Source: an uncultured delta proteobacterium
GTDB lineage: Bacteria > Desulfobacterota > Syntrophia > Syntrophales > Smithellaceae
Direction of reading: 5' to 3'
Length of the DNA stretch: 64,000 nt
NCBI GenBank assembly: GCA_963753975.1
Contig: CAVWEH010000002.1
Location: 160,001 to 224,000, forward strand
Of this stretch, positions 22,850 to 35,477 are shown piece after piece. The notes under the pieces were generated by a model. That model saw nothing but the letters and a program-made list of their open reading frames with translations, ran no database searches and was not told where the DNA came from. The position numbers were made by a program, and so were the translations under genes. Numbering within the stretch: the stretch's first letter is position 1; every line of letters begins with the position of its first letter.

Positions 22850-22889
22850 TACTTATTTTTTAGAGATTATTTGTTGCGGGAGGTGACGT

Positions 22890-23399
22890 ATAGTTAAAGA
22901 TTTACGAATCAACAGGGAAATCAAGTCGGCCACGGTTCGGGTAATAGCTGAAGAGGCTAAGCAGTTGGGAGTAATAACGTTGGAAGAAGCACTAGCCTAT
23001 GCGGAAAAAGCTGGTTTGGATTTAGTGGAAGTATCGCCTACTGCAGAACCGCCGGTGTGCAAGATAATGGATTATGGTAAATATCGTTACAAGCAAAGCA
23101 AGAAATTGCACGATGCCAGAAAAAGTCAGACCGTTATTCATGTTAAAGAGATTAGATTAAGACCAAAAACGGAAGAGCATGATGTGCAGGTTAAAGTTAA
23201 ACATATAAAAAAGTTTCTGGAGAACCACGATAAGGTAAAAATATCGATGATGTTTAGAGGGCGGGAAATCGCTTTCACCGAGATAGGCCGAAAACTTATG
23301 GAAGAAATAAAAAGCCAGTTGGCTGATGACAGCATGATTGACCAGGAGCCGCGGCTGGAAGGACGAAATATGGTAATGATTGTTTCCCCCAAAAAATAA
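22890..23399 (+). CDS. infC: Translation initiation factor IF-3, probable ATA start
   Basis: GGAGGT RBS then ATA-VKDLRINREI in frame with DLVEVSP, PPVCKIMDYGK. Confidence 0.95.
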   Translation: MVKDLRINREIKSATVRVIAEEAKQLGVITLEEALAYAEKAGLDLVEVSPTAEPPVCKIMDYGKYRYKQSKKLHDARKSQTVIHVKEIRLRPKTEEHDVQVKVKHIKKFLENHDKVKISMMFRGREIAFTEIGRKLMEEIKSQLADDSMIDQEPRLEGRNMVMIVSPKK

Positions 23400-23427
23400 T
23401 AAAAAAAGTTGAAATAGAGGAGATTAA

Positions 23428-23625
23428 ATGCCAAAAATAAAAACACACAGAGGAGCCGCCAAACGCTTTTCGTTTACAGCCAAAGGCAAGATTAAACGTA
23501 GTAAGGCCTTTGCCAGCCATATTCTTACGAAAAAGACGACTAAGAGAAAAAGAGGTTTAAGAAGAAGCACTTTAGTTGATTCAGCAAACTTCAAAGAAAT
23601 TAAAAAACTTATTCCTTATTTGTAA
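23428..23625 (+). CDS. rpmI: 50S ribosomal protein L35
   Basis: [14 protein letters not shown]. Confidence 0.97.
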   Translation: MPKIKTHRGAAKRFSFTAKGKIKRSKAFASHILTKKTTKRKRGLRRSTLVDSANFKEIKKLIPYL

Positions 23626-23671
23626 GCAAAAGGGATTATAATATTCTTTAGTAATCAGGAGAGAAAAGGAA

Positions 23672-24031
23672 ATGTCCAGAGTAAAAAGGGGCATCACCGC
23701 CCGTAAAAAAAGAAGAAAGATTTTAAAGCTGGCCAAAGGTTTTTTTGGCGCACGCAGCCGTCTGATCAGAACAGCCACTGAAGCCGTAAATAAAGCGATG
23801 AAATACGCTTATCGCGATCGCCGCTCAAGAAAAAGGGAATTTCGCCAATTATGGATTGCCCGTATTAATGCCGCGGCCCGTCTCAATAATATATCTTACA
23901 GCCGGTTGGTTGACGGGATGAAGAAATCCGGCATTGAATTGGATCGTAAAATACTGGCGGAACTAGCTGTCAATGATCCGCAGGGTTTCGCCCAAATTGT
24001 TTTAATGGCCAAAGGCGAGCAGGCGGCATGA
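23672..24031 (+). CDS. rplT: 50S ribosomal protein L20
   Basis: [21 protein letters not shown]. Confidence 0.98.
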   Translation: MSRVKRGITARKKRRKILKLAKGFFGARSRLIRTATEAVNKAMKYAYRDRRSRKREFRQLWIARINAAARLNNISYSRLVDGMKKSGIELDRKILAELAVNDPQGFAQIVLMAKGEQAA

Positions 24032-25044
24032 TCGGCAATCTTCGCGAGTTGGAGAATAGCGCTCTTGCCGAATTAGAGGCGGCAACAACGGAAGATGAGA
24101 TTTCAGCTGTTAGAACAAGATACTTGGGCCGTAAAGGACTTTTGACCGGCCTTTTACGTAACATTGCCCAGGTGCCTGATAACGAAAAGCCTTTATTCGG
24201 AAAGCGCTGCAATGAGCTGAAAGATCGGCTCAATACGAAGATTGAAGAAGCACTCCGGAACAAATCCCAGTTGCACAAAGAAAACATTTTATTAAAGGAA
24301 AAAATCGACGTTACGTTGCCGGGAAGGTCTGTTCGTTACGGCAGAATCCACCCTGTAATTCAAATCCGCCGGGAAATTTGTGCCATCTTTACTTCATTTG
24401 GTTTTTCCGTGGTCGAAGGACCGGAAGTTGAGCTGGATTATTATAATTTCGAAGCCCTCAATATTCCTAAAGATCACCCCGCCAGGGACATGCAGGACAC
24501 TTTTTATATCGAAGAAAATATAGTTCTACGCACTCATACATCGCCGGTTCAGGTACGGATAATGGAGACGGTTCAGCCGCCGATCAGGATTTTATCACCA
24601 GGAAGAGTTTACCGGCGCGATTCCGATGTTTCCCACACCCCCATGTTCCATCAAATTGAAGGATTAATGGTGGATAAAGGCATCCGTTTTAGCGATCTGA
24701 AAGGAATCCTGACTGCGTTTCTGCGGAAAATTTTCGGTAAAGATACAATTTTGAGATTCCGACCCAGTTTTTTCCCCTTTACAGAACCGTCGGCCGAAGT
24801 TGATATTTGTTGCGTAATGTGTCAAGGACGCGGCTGTCGTGTTTGCGGACAGAGCGGCTGGCTGGAAATTCTGGGTTCGGGCATGGTTGATCCCGCGGTT
24901 TTCCAGAATGTCGGTTATGACTCCGAAAAATATACGGGCTTTGCTTTCGGGCTTGGTCTGGAACGAATGGCGATGCTGAAGTTCGGCATCTCCGATATTC
25001 GCTTATTTTTTGAAAACGATTTTCGATTCCTTAAACAATTTTAG
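24028..25044 (+). CDS. pheS: Phenylalanine--tRNA ligase alpha
   Basis: [31 protein letters not shown]. Confidence 0.98.
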   Translation: MIGNLRELENSALAELEAATTEDEISAVRTRYLGRKGLLTGLLRNIAQVPDNEKPLFGKRCNELKDRLNTKIEEALRNKSQLHKENILLKEKIDVTLPGRSVRYGRIHPVIQIRREICAIFTSFGFSVVEGPEVELDYYNFEALNIPKDHPARDMQDTFYIEENIVLRTHTSPVQVRIMETVQPPIRILSPGRVYRRDSDVSHTPMFHQIEGLMVDKGIRFSDLKGILTAFLRKIFGKDTILRFRPSFFPFTEPSAEVDICCVMCQGRGCRVCGQSGWLEILGSGMVDPAVFQNVGYDSEKYTGFAFGLGLERMAMLKFGISDIRLFFENDFRFLKQF

Positions 25045-25058
25045 GAGAGATTTGCTTT

Positions 25059-27473
25059 ATGCTGGTCAGCCTCAAATGGCTTAAAGATTACGTTGATATT
25101 GATCTCACGGCTTTGGAACTGGCTGATAAATTGACGATGACCGGGTTGGAAGTGGAGGAGATCAAAACCATTCTTCCGCAATTTAGCGGCGTTGTCGTTT
25201 CCCGGATTTTGTCGGTAAAACCCCATCCGAATGCGGATAAGCTATCCCTTTGTGAAGTGAGTGACGGTAGACATAATTATCCCGTAGTTTGCGGCGCTAA
25301 AAACATAAAGTCCGGCGATATTGTTCCTCTGGCGAAAGTTGGAGCGGTAATTCCCGGTGACTATACAATCAAGTCATCCATTTTACGCGGACAGAAATCA
25401 GAAGGCATGCTTTGTTCGGAGGCCGAACTGGAAATCGGCGACGATGCTTCCGGGATCATGCATTTGCCTCAAGATTTATCGCCTGGTTTGCCTTTAGAGA
25501 GGGCTCTAAGCATAGGTGACACCGTTTTTAATGTAAGTGTGACGCCCAATCGTTCTGATTGCTTAAGCATGATCGGCATGGCGCGAGAAGTGGCCGCCAT
25601 TACCGGTAAAAAAATAAAACTGCCGTTCGTGAAAGTTAAAGAATTCTCCGAAGATATCCGTAAATTAACTTCAGTCAAAATCATTGATGCCGACCTTTGT
25701 CCGCGGTACACGGCCAGGATGCTCAAAAATGTAAAAATCGGTACATCGCCTGTCTGGCTGAAGACCAGGCTCGAGGCGGCAGGATTGCGTGCCATCAATA
25801 ATGTCGTCGATGTCACTAATTTTGTCATGTTGGAGATGGGACAGCCGCTGCATGCTTTTGATTTTCGCTTCCTGGAAAAAGGAAAGATCGTTGTCCGCAA
25901 ATCCAAAGAAAATGAAGAATTTATTTCACTCGATGGAAAAAGCCGGAAACTTTCCGCGGGCACTTTACTGATCTGTGACGGTTTAAAGCCCGTCGCCATC
26001 GGCGGTATTATGGGCGGCCAAAACTCGGAGGTAAAGGAAGATACTCAGACAATCTTGCTGGAAAGTGCCTATTTTAATCCTGTTTCCATCCGCCGATCGT
26101 CGCGCAAACTGTCTATGTCCACCGATGCGTCTTTTCGCTTCGAAAGGGGCATTGATCCGGAGGGAGTGGTGAGAGCACTGAACCGCGCGGCGCAACTCAT
26201 TGCAGATCTTTCCGGCGGAATTATTTGTAAAAATTACATCGATGAATATCCACGAAAAGTTCCTCCTATTAAAAACATTACCTTGCGTATTGACCGAATC
26301 CGGGAGGTAATCGGCATGTCGATCGGATCAAAAGAGGTTGTTCGGATATTACGCAGTATCGGCATGCTTGTAAAACAAGTTGACAAGGGAAAGTATGCTG
26401 TTAAACCTCCGACATTTAGAATCGATATAACCAGAGAAATCGACCTGATCGAAGAAGTCATCAGGCTTCATGGCTATGATAGTGTCCCGGCAACCATGCC
26501 TAATGCCGCGCTTACGGAAACGAACGTTATCCCCCGCTTGGATCTGGAAGAAAGAATCAGAGAATTACTTAACGGCAGCGGGTATTCTGAAATAATCAAT
26601 TACAGTTTCGGCAATCCCACATTTGCCGACCATCTTTTATTATCGGAAAATGATGAAAGGCGCAGTTTGGTGCGGATAAAAAATCCGCTCACGGAAGATC
26701 AATCCGCTATGCGTTCGACGCTGGTTTATGGACTGCTTCAGACGTGGAAAAATAACGCCAATAACGGCTCTGATGATTTAAGGTTATTTGAAATAGGCAG
26801 AATATTTATTCGGCGCAAAACAGGCAAGCTTCCTTATGAAAAAAACATGCTGGCCGGACTTTTGGCGGGCAATATTAGCGATGATTTATGGGGTTCTAAA
26901 GAAAGTGCGGATTTCTTTGACCTGAAAGGCTGTCTCGAAAATATATTTTTCGATTTAAAATTAAAAAATTATCAGTACCGCTCGGCAAATACTGAGCCAT
27001 TCTTGCATCCCGGTAAATCTTGTGCTGTTTATTTAGATGACCTGCCTTTGGGTTATTTAGGCTTTGTGCACCCGAAAATCCTGGAAAAGATGGATATAAA
27101 AAATAATGCCTATATATTTGAAATTAATCTGGATATTTTAGTTAAACGCTGGGGGCAGAGTATCTTATTTAAAGAAATATCGAAATTTCCGGCAGTGACA
27201 CGTGATGTCGCTTTTGTTATTCCCGCGGCATTGGAAGCGGATCAGATGCTGAATATTGTTTGGAATCAATATGAAGATTTGCTTGAAAATGTTGTAATTT
27301 TTGATATATATCAAGGGAAAGAAATACCGGAAGGAAAGAAAAGTATTGGTTTGAGGTTTTCTTATCGTGCAGCTGACCGGACGCTTACTGATACTGAGAT
27401 AAATAGCGTCCACGAAAGGATTATACGGGACATTCTTAAATTAACGAGTGCGAAAATAAGAGGCGAGCAATAA
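25059..27473 (+). CDS. pheT: Phenylalanine--tRNA ligase beta
   Basis: HPNADKL, TPNRSD, RFERGID, DRTLTD. Confidence 0.98.
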   Translation: MLVSLKWLKDYVDIDLTALELADKLTMTGLEVEEIKTILPQFSGVVVSRILSVKPHPNADKLSLCEVSDGRHNYPVVCGAKNIKSGDIVPLAKVGAVIPGDYTIKSSILRGQKSEGMLCSEAELEIGDDASGIMHLPQDLSPGLPLERALSIGDTVFNVSVTPNRSDCLSMIGMAREVAAITGKKIKLPFVKVKEFSEDIRKLTSVKIIDADLCPRYTARMLKNVKIGTSPVWLKTRLEAAGLRAINNVVDVTNFVMLEMGQPLHAFDFRFLEKGKIVVRKSKENEEFISLDGKSRKLSAGTLLICDGLKPVAIGGIMGGQNSEVKEDTQTILLESAYFNPVSIRRSSRKLSMSTDASFRFERGIDPEGVVRALNRAAQLIADLSGGIICKNYIDEYPRKVPPIKNITLRIDRIREVIGMSIGSKEVVRILRSIGMLVKQVDKGKYAVKPPTFRIDITREIDLIEEVIRLHGYDSVPATMPNAALTETNVIPRLDLEERIRELLNGSGYSEIINYSFGNPTFADHLLLSENDERRSLVRIKNPLTEDQSAMRSTLVYGLLQTWKNNANNGSDDLRLFEIGRIFIRRKTGKLPYEKNMLAGLLAGNISDDLWGSKESADFFDLKGCLENIFFDLKLKNYQYRSANTEPFLHPGKSCAVYLDDLPLGYLGFVHPKILEKMDIKNNAYIFEINLDILVKRWGQSILFKEISKFPAVTRDVAFVIPAALEADQMLNIVWNQYEDLLENVVIFDIYQGKEIPEGKKSIGLRFSYRAADRTLTDTEINSVHERIIRDILKLTSAKIRGEQ

Positions 27474-27501
27474 GACGAAGTAAAAAAACGGAGGGAGAAA
27501 A

Positions 27502-27774
27502 ATGACGAAAATCGATATCATCCAAAATGTTTACGAAAAGCTGGGTTTTTCCAAGAAAGATTCGGCGGATATTGTTGAATCTGTGTTTGACCTTATTAAA
27601 GATAAACTCGCGCAAGGTGAAAAGGTGAAGATTTCCGGATTTGGTAACTTCGTGGTAAAAGAAAAAAGGTCTCGCCGCGGCCGCAATCCGCAAACTGGTC
27701 AGGAAATTTCGATTACAGCGCGCAGAGTGTTGACCTTTAAATCATCTCAGGTATTGCGCAAAGCTCTAAATTAA
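27502..27774 (+). CDS. ihfA: Integration host factor alpha
   Basis: VKISGFGNF, RRGRNPQTG; follows pheT. Confidence 0.95.
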   Translation: MTKIDIIQNVYEKLGFSKKDSADIVESVFDLIKDKLAQGEKVKISGFGNFVVKEKRSRRGRNPQTGQEISITARRVLTFKSSQVLRKALN

Positions 27775-27921
27775 TAATAAATAGAATTATTCAACTGCAC
27801 CTACATCTTTAAGTACTTTAAATGCCAATTTTTGGTATAATTTAAAGTTAAGGTATTGTATTTTTTTTATTACTTCTCTGATGTGCAGGGAAATTCGTGG
27901 CCGCAAGGATTCAGGAATTGT

Positions 27922-28260
27922 ATGGAGACAATAATTCCCGACAAGGCTTATTTTCGTATTGGTGAAGTAAGTAAAATCCTCCAAGTAGAACCGTACGTTA
28001 TTAGGTATTGGGAAACTGAATTTAGAACAATCAAGCCTGTGCGCACCCGTACTGCACAACGTTTATACAGAAGAAAGGATGTGCAGGAATTATTGACAAT
28101 CAGAAATTTACTCTATTCGCAGCGTTTTACCATTGACGGTGCTAAAAAACAGCTTTTTAAAATACGCGGAAGCTCTGAGCCGGAAAATATCAACTTGGAG
28201 AAAGAAAAGTTAATTCGAATTAAAGAAGAATTAGAGCAAATAAAAAAGATGATTAGCTAA
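27922..28260 (+). CDS. MerR-family regulator (usual ihfA neighbour)
   Basis: IPDKAYFRIGEVS, VIRYWETEF, RLY. Confidence 0.9.
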   Translation: METIIPDKAYFRIGEVSKILQVEPYVIRYWETEFRTIKPVRTRTAQRLYRRKDVQELLTIRNLLYSQRFTIDGAKKQLFKIRGSSEPENINLEKEKLIRIKEELEQIKKMIS

Positions 28261-28289
28261 AAAGCCGGCACTAAGAGCCGGCTTTTTAG
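28257..28289. terminator. Bidirectional intrinsic terminator
   Basis: CTAAAAAGCCGGC-N7-GCCGGCTTTTTAG between convergent genes. Confidence 0.85.
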
Positions 28290-28337
28290 TTTCTGAAAAT
28301 ATTGCAAAAATTCAATGTTTAGAACCACAGCAGGATT

Positions 28338-28622
28338 TTATCCCTTTTTACTGGATCTCTTGGAAGCTTTTAGCGGATTGATTTTTTGTGTTGCTTCTTT
28401 TACTTCCGGCTTTATGTGCGTTGCGGTTGGACATTTTCCACTAATCCACTTGCTTGCCGGATCCGGATAAACAACACAGTATTTGCCGGATTCATAATTA
28501 ATTATCTTGCTGCAATCCTCACACTTATCAATTGTTGTATGACAACTGCCGCCAAAGAAACCGCAACCTTTTTTGCTCATGAAAGCGCAGTCGAGTTCCG
28601 CTTTAACAGTTTGACAAAGCAT
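28338..28622 (-). CDS. PxxKW-family cysteine-rich protein
   Basis: CQTV..C.FM...GC, YPDPASKW...CP.ATH, KINPLKASKR. Confidence 0.85.
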   Translation of the reverse strand: MLCQTVKAELDCAFMSKKGCGFFGGSCHTTIDKCEDCSKIINYESGKYCVVYPDPASKWISGKCPTATHIKPEVKEATQKINPLKASKRSSKKG

Positions 28623-28822
28623 TTGAACGATCCTCCTATATGATAAATTATCACTTTTTAAAGACGTTGCGGTAAAAATAAACGATAAATAATTTCCACG
28701 AACGCCATTGACCTTAAAATGGAGGAGTCCTTAGCAACAAAAAAAGTACTTGTCAAGATAAAAGAAATACTTAATCAGAAACCAAAATAAGGTGTGATTA
28801 TTATATTTCCAGCGGATATTTG

Positions 28823-29332
28823 TTAACGATGATGATCTATTATATGGTTATTTGTCTTGTCTTGATATTCTATATAGATATCATCTCTTGGCGGATATAT
28901 AATTATTTTATTGTCAGCTTTCATTTTAACAGCAATGCTTCCCGTAAGCATTGAGTACCAAATACCGATTTGCTTGCCTTTATCGTCGAGAATCGCAAAT
29001 CCTACCTGCTTTTCTAGACAGCAAGACAATAATCTCATTTGCATATTTGTTACAAGTTCACTAAATAATTCCGGTGTAATTTCTATTTTTTTCCACAAGT
29101 CTGTATCCAACGTATAGGCCTTATTCAAGCCTAAAATTGATGTCGGGTAAACATCGGAGCCACTGATATAATAGTTTAATTTGGCATTAATTTGAAACTT
29201 TTCAAAAGCGTTAGTCGCATCGGTATCCGGTCTAATGCTGCCCCAGTTTTTGGACATGAAAACGTTGCAGGCGGCAAGTAATAGAACCGCCGCAAATATG
29301 ATGTAAAAAAGAAATGTTTTATTTTTTTTCAT
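28823..29332 (-). CDS. Hypothetical lipoprotein
   Basis: Basic N-terminus, hydrophobic core, LAAC lipobox. Confidence 0.75.
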   Translation of the reverse strand: MKKNKTFLFYIIFAAVLLLAACNVFMSKNWGSIRPDTDATNAFEKFQINAKLNYYISGSDVYPTSILGLNKAYTLDTDLWKKIEITPELFSELVTNMQMRLLSCCLEKQVGFAILDDKGKQIGIWYSMLTGSIAVKMKADNKIIIYPPRDDIYIEYQDKTNNHIIDHHR

Positions 29333-29567
29333 TTTTCTCCCGCTATCGATATTATAATAAATTCACTTTGTTGGATGTCAAGGAACTAACCACAAATATT
29401 TATGGTTTCAGTGATTATCTGTCAGAACTTCCCGATTTTCTTAACTTCCGCTTATATTTCCTTGCGTGACTCATCATCAAATGGCAGAAATGATTCCGAT
29501 CATAGAAATGACTTGAACACAGAACAATTTGTTGCTAACATACACCGAAATTTAAGCGGGATCTTCC

Positions 29568-30017
29568 ATGCGTGCAGTTATTCAGAGAGTCGACCGTGCC
29601 GGTGTTATAATCAACCATGAAGAGTTTTCCTCGATAAAAGCCGGAATCATTATCTTTTTGGGAATAGAAAAGGAGGATACGAAAACCGGCGCTGATTATA
29701 TTCTAGCCAAATCGATCAATTTACGTATCTTCGAAGATGACGAAGGAAAAATGAATCGTTCATTGCTGGATATTGGCGGTGAGATGTTGGTCGTTTCCCA
29801 GTTTACTCTTTTAGGTGATTGTATCAAGGGCAGACGGCCTTCTTTCGTACGGGCTGAAGAACCTCAAAAAGCCAATGAACTTTACGAATATTTTATTGGG
29901 GAAGCCCAAAAGAAGGTAAAATATTTGGCGACTGGAAGATTTCAAGAGATGATGCGGATTGAACTTGTTAATAACGGCCCGGTGACAATTTTACTCGATA
30001 GCAAAAAGACTTTTTGA
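29568..30017 (+). CDS. dtd: D-aminoacyl-tRNA deacylase
   Basis: MRAVIQRV, SQFTL, NNGPVT. Confidence 0.96.
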   Translation: MRAVIQRVDRAGVIINHEEFSSIKAGIIIFLGIEKEDTKTGADYILAKSINLRIFEDDEGKMNRSLLDIGGEMLVVSQFTLLGDCIKGRRPSFVRAEEPQKANELYEYFIGEAQKKVKYLATGRFQEMMRIELVNNGPVTILLDSKKTF

Positions 30018-30024
30018 AAAAAAC

Positions 30025-30480
30025 ATGGAAGAATGTGAGATTAAAATCGATAAAGAGGGCACGTGGTACTATCGCGGTGCGCATATGTTTCGTAAAGAAA
30101 TATTATGCATCTTTTTTGAAAATATAAAAATTGACGATTGCGGAAAATACTTAATTGAACTGGGTGAAGAACGATGTTATCTTGAGGTGGAAGATACAGT
30201 TTTTGTTGTTTCCGCTGTTTATAAACTCGGGCTATCGAAGGACAATCGCGATAATATTTATGTTCTATTGACCGATGATTCTTTGGAAATATTGGATTTG
30301 AGCTCTTTACAAATAGGCAAAGATAATGTTCTTTACTGCCGGGTGAAGGAAGGAAAGTTTGCCGCCAGATTTTCCCGTAAAAGTTATTACCAGTTGGCAG
30401 AATATATCGAACAATCGGAAAATGAAGAAATGTTTTTCATCAGATTGAACGGTCAAAAATATTATATTAATAAATATTAA
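30025..30480 (+). CDS. DUF1285-like protein
   Basis: IKIDKEGTWYY.G, LEVED, LY..VK....ARFSR..YY.L. Confidence 0.75.
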   Translation: MEECEIKIDKEGTWYYRGAHMFRKEILCIFFENIKIDDCGKYLIELGEERCYLEVEDTVFVVSAVYKLGLSKDNRDNIYVLLTDDSLEILDLSSLQIGKDNVLYCRVKEGKFAARFSRKSYYQLAEYIEQSENEEMFFIRLNGQKYYINKY

Positions 30481-31965
<1,485 letters not shown>

Positions 31966-32015
31966 GAACTTATAACTTTTTTTATCAATATATTTATTTC
32001 CGAAAAAGTGTAATT

Positions 32016-35000
32016 ATGAAACACTCTGATTTTGTTCACCTTCATGTTCATACTCAATACAGTCTTCTGGACGGAATGATTCGCCTCGAAGATCTTTTCA
32101 AAAAAGCCCGCGAATACAAGATGCCGGCTATCGCTATCACCGACCATGGCAATATGTTCGGGGCTATTGATTTTTACCAGCAGGCCTACAAGCAGGGAGT
32201 AAAGCCGATAATCGGCTGTGAATTATATGTAGCGCCGCGCAGCCGTTTGGATAAAACCTATTCTATCGGCGAGACAGCCTGGCATTTAATTGTTCTGGTA
32301 AAGAACATGCAGGGATATAAAAATCTGATGAAACTCACATCGGCGGGTTACCTGGAAGGCTTTTATTACCGGCCGAGAGTAGATAAAGAGATACTGAAAG
32401 ATTGCCATGAAGGTCTTATCGCTTTTAGCGCCTGTCTGCATGGTGAAATCAACAATTTAATCCTTAAAGGCAAGATGGAAGAAGCTAAAGAAGCGGCGCG
32501 TTCCTACCAGGCAATTTTTGATGAAGACAATTTCTTTTTGGAACTTATGGAAAACGGTATTCCGGAACAAAAAATTGTCAATAAAGCCTTGATGGAAATC
32601 AGTAAAGATCTTTCCATTCCGCTTGTAGCGTCTAATGACTGCCATTACTTAAATCGCGAACATTCCGAGGCTCATGATGTTTTGCTCTGCATTCAAACCG
32701 GGAAGACCATAGAAGATCACGATCGTATGCGCTTAGGCACAGATCAATTTTATTTTCGTTCACCCGAAGAAATGAGTGAGCTTTTTTCCCAGGTACCCGA
32801 AGCTTTATCCAATACGGTGAGTGTTGCCGAAAGATGTAATCTTTCTCTGGAATTCGGGAAGTTTTATCTGCCGAATTTTGAGATTAAAAATCCGGACGAA
32901 ACTTTAAATGATTATCTGGAGCGCAAGGCAAGGGAAGGGCTCCAAAAGCTCCTGCCGGATATTCTGAAAGACCACAAAGAAAGTGAACCGGAAATCAGGG
33001 AAAAATATGAAAAACGTTTGCGCGATGAGTTGGAAATAATCAAGACAATGGGGTTTGCCGGCTATTTTCTGATTGTTTCCGATTTTGTCAAACACGCCAA
33101 GCACAATGATATTCCTGTAGGTCCGGGACGCGGCTCCGCGGCAGGCAGTCTTGTGGCGTATGCTTTAAAAATTACCACTATCGATCCCATCCGTTATGCG
33201 TTGTTTTTCGAACGATTTTTAAATCCGAACCGTATCAGCATGCCCGATATCGATATCGATTTTTGCCAGGAGGGCAGGGATGAGATTATCAAATACGTGA
33301 CCGAGAAATACGGCAAGGATAAAGTTTCCCAAATCATCACCTTTGGCAAAATGCAGGCGAAAGCGGTTATTCGCGATGTGGGCCGTGCCCTCAATATTCC
33401 CTATAGTGAAGTGGATAAGATTGCCAAACTCGTTCCTAATGTTTTGAATATTACTCTGGACGAGGCAATAAAAGCGGAACCAAGGCTCCAGCAGGAGGCC
33501 AAAAATAATCCGCAAGTGGCCAAACTTTTATCTCTATCCAGAATTCTCGAAGGGTTAAACCGCCACGCCTCCATTCATGCCGCCGGAGTTGTTATATCCG
33601 ATGTTCCACTGGTGGAAAGAGTTCCTCTTTGCATGCCCAAGGATGAGATTGTATCTCAATATTCCATGAACGACATTCAAACCGTCGGTATGACCAAATT
33701 CGATTTCCTGGGCCTGAAGACATTGACTGCCATAAAGAATGCGGTTAAATTCGTCAAAGCATCACATAATATCGATTTGGAAATTGATAACTTACCGCTT
33801 AATGATAAACAAACATACGAGCTCCTAATGAGAGGCGATACGGACGGAATCTTCCAGCTGGAAAGCGACGGCATGAAAGATATTATGAAGAATTTGAAGC
33901 CGGACCGTATCGAGGATGTCATAGCTCTAATCGCTTTATATCGTCCCGGCCCCATGAAAATGGTTCCGGAATATATATCCCGCAAGCAGGGGAAAACAAA
34001 GATCAGCTACGACCTTCCCGAACTGGAGCCGATACTCAAAGAAACGTACGGGATCATCGTCTATCAGGAACAGGTTATGCAAATTGCCGGTGCGCTCGCT
34101 AATTACAGCATGGCCGAAGCAGATATTTTACGTAAGGTTATGGGCAAAAAGAAATCCGCAGAGATGGATAAGGAAAAACCCAAATTTCTGGAAGGCACGA
34201 AAAAACATAAAATCAATGAAAACAAAGCGAGAAAGATATGGGAGCAGATGCAAGACTTTGCCGAATATGGGTTTAATAAGTCGCACAGCACCGCTTATGC
34301 CATGATTTCTTACCAAACGGCATATTTGAAAGCCCATTATCCAGTTGCCTTTATGGCGGCACTTTTGACCAGTGAAAAAGATAATCGCGACAAAATAATA
34401 AGGCATATGAGTTCCTGCAAAGAAATGGGTATTAATATTCTTCCTCCGGATATAAATGAATCATTTAAAGACTTTAGCATATCAGGGGAAAATATCCGTT
34501 TCGGTCTCGCTGCCGTTAAAAATGTCGGCTATACCGCTATTGATTCCATTATTTCCGCCCGGGAAAAAAGCAAATTTTCATCATTTATGGATTTTTTAAT
34601 CCGTACGGATTTGCGCAAGACAAATAAAAGAGTTATCGAAAGTTTAATCAAATGTGGCGCTTTCGATTCTTTGGGCTTCAAAAGACGTCAACTCATCCAA
34701 CATTACGAGGAGGCAATGGACGAAGCTCAGCGCCGGCAAAAAGAAACTCAAAGCTCACAGGCGAGTTTTTTTGACCAGTTTGATTCCGACTCCTCCGCAA
34801 AAAATGGCCTGAAAGCATATGAAATACCCGATATTTCCGAATGGGATCAAAAGGAACTCTTAGCTGTCGAAAAGGAAGCTTTGGGCTTTTATATTTCCGG
34901 CCATCCCTTACTGCGGTTTGCGGATCGTCTCAAATTGGTTACCAACAGTGATTCCAGCAGCTTAGACACAAAAAAAGACAAGGATACCGTTACCATTGCC

Positions 35001-35477
35001 GGAGTAATCAGTAGTATGACCGAAAAGCAAACCCGGAGAAAAGATACAATGTGTAATGTTACCCTGGAGGATTTACAAGGTTCCGTAAACATTATATTTT
35101 GGGCGGATACCTATAAAAAATATTACTCCGTTCTGCATGAAGATGAGCCCGTTGTTATTCAGGGAATTGTTGATGTCGGAGATGAATCGCTAAAAATCAT
35201 TGCGCAGGAGGCGATAACGCTTTCCAAAGCACTGGAAAACCCTTACAAACAAGTGCGCTTCATGGTTAACGCCGATAGAATTTCTTCGGAGACTATTATT
35301 TCCCTGAATGAAACAATAAAAAAATATCATGGTAAATATGACGGTTACCTTCATATTATTAATGGAAAAAGTGAAACCGTCATATATTTAGGAGATGAAA
35401 TGCGCGTGGATATTAGCGAGAAGTTGAAAAAAGAGGCGGACAGCATTCTGGGGGAGGGTGCCACCGTATATTCCTAA
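32016..35477 (+). CDS. dnaE: DNA polymerase III alpha subunit
   Basis: HLHVHTQYSLLDG, GPGRGSAAGS, MPDIDID, YGFNKSH. Confidence 0.98.
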   Translation: MKHSDFVHLHVHTQYSLLDGMIRLEDLFKKAREYKMPAIAITDHGNMFGAIDFYQQAYKQGVKPIIGCELYVAPRSRLDKTYSIGETAWHLIVLVKNMQGYKNLMKLTSAGYLEGFYYRPRVDKEILKDCHEGLIAFSACLHGEINNLILKGKMEEAKEAARSYQAIFDEDNFFLELMENGIPEQKIVNKALMEISKDLSIPLVASNDCHYLNREHSEAHDVLLCIQTGKTIEDHDRMRLGTDQFYFRSPEEMSELFSQVPEALSNTVSVAERCNLSLEFGKFYLPNFEIKNPDETLNDYLERKAREGLQKLLPDILKDHKESEPEIREKYEKRLRDELEIIKTMGFAGYFLIVSDFVKHAKHNDIPVGPGRGSAAGSLVAYALKITTIDPIRYALFFERFLNPNRISMPDIDIDFCQEGRDEIIKYVTEKYGKDKVSQIITFGKMQAKAVIRDVGRALNIPYSEVDKIAKLVPNVLNITLDEAIKAEPRLQQEAKNNPQVAKLLSLSRILEGLNRHASIHAAGVVISDVPLVERVPLCMPKDEIVSQYSMNDIQTVGMTKFDFLGLKTLTAIKNAVKFVKASHNIDLEIDNLPLNDKQTYELLMRGDTDGIFQLESDGMKDIMKNLKPDRIEDVIALIALYRPGPMKMVPEYISRKQGKTKISYDLPELEPILKETYGIIVYQEQVMQIAGALANYSMAEADILRKVMGKKKSAEMDKEKPKFLEGTKKHKINENKARKIWEQMQDFAEYGFNKSHSTAYAMISYQTAYLKAHYPVAFMAALLTSEKDNRDKIIRHMSSCKEMGINILPPDINESFKDFSISGENIRFGLAAVKNVGYTAIDSIISAREKSKFSSFMDFLIRTDLRKTNKRVIESLIKCGAFDSLGFKRRQLIQHYEEAMDEAQRRQKETQSSQASFFDQFDSDSSAKNGLKAYEIPDISEWDQKELLAVEKEALGFYISGHPLLRFADRLKLVTNSDSSSLDTKKDKDTVTIAGVISSMTEKQTRRKDTMCNVTLEDLQGSVNIIFWADTYKKYYSVLHEDEPVVIQGIVDVGDESLKIIAQEAITLSKALENPYKQVRFMVNADRISSETIISLNETIKKYHGKYDGYLHIINGKSETVIYLGDEMRVDISEKLKKEADSILGEGATVYS

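Noticed and set aside
32016..35477. Intein in dnaE
   Set aside because: Length (1153 aa) is typical and no intein motifs are visible
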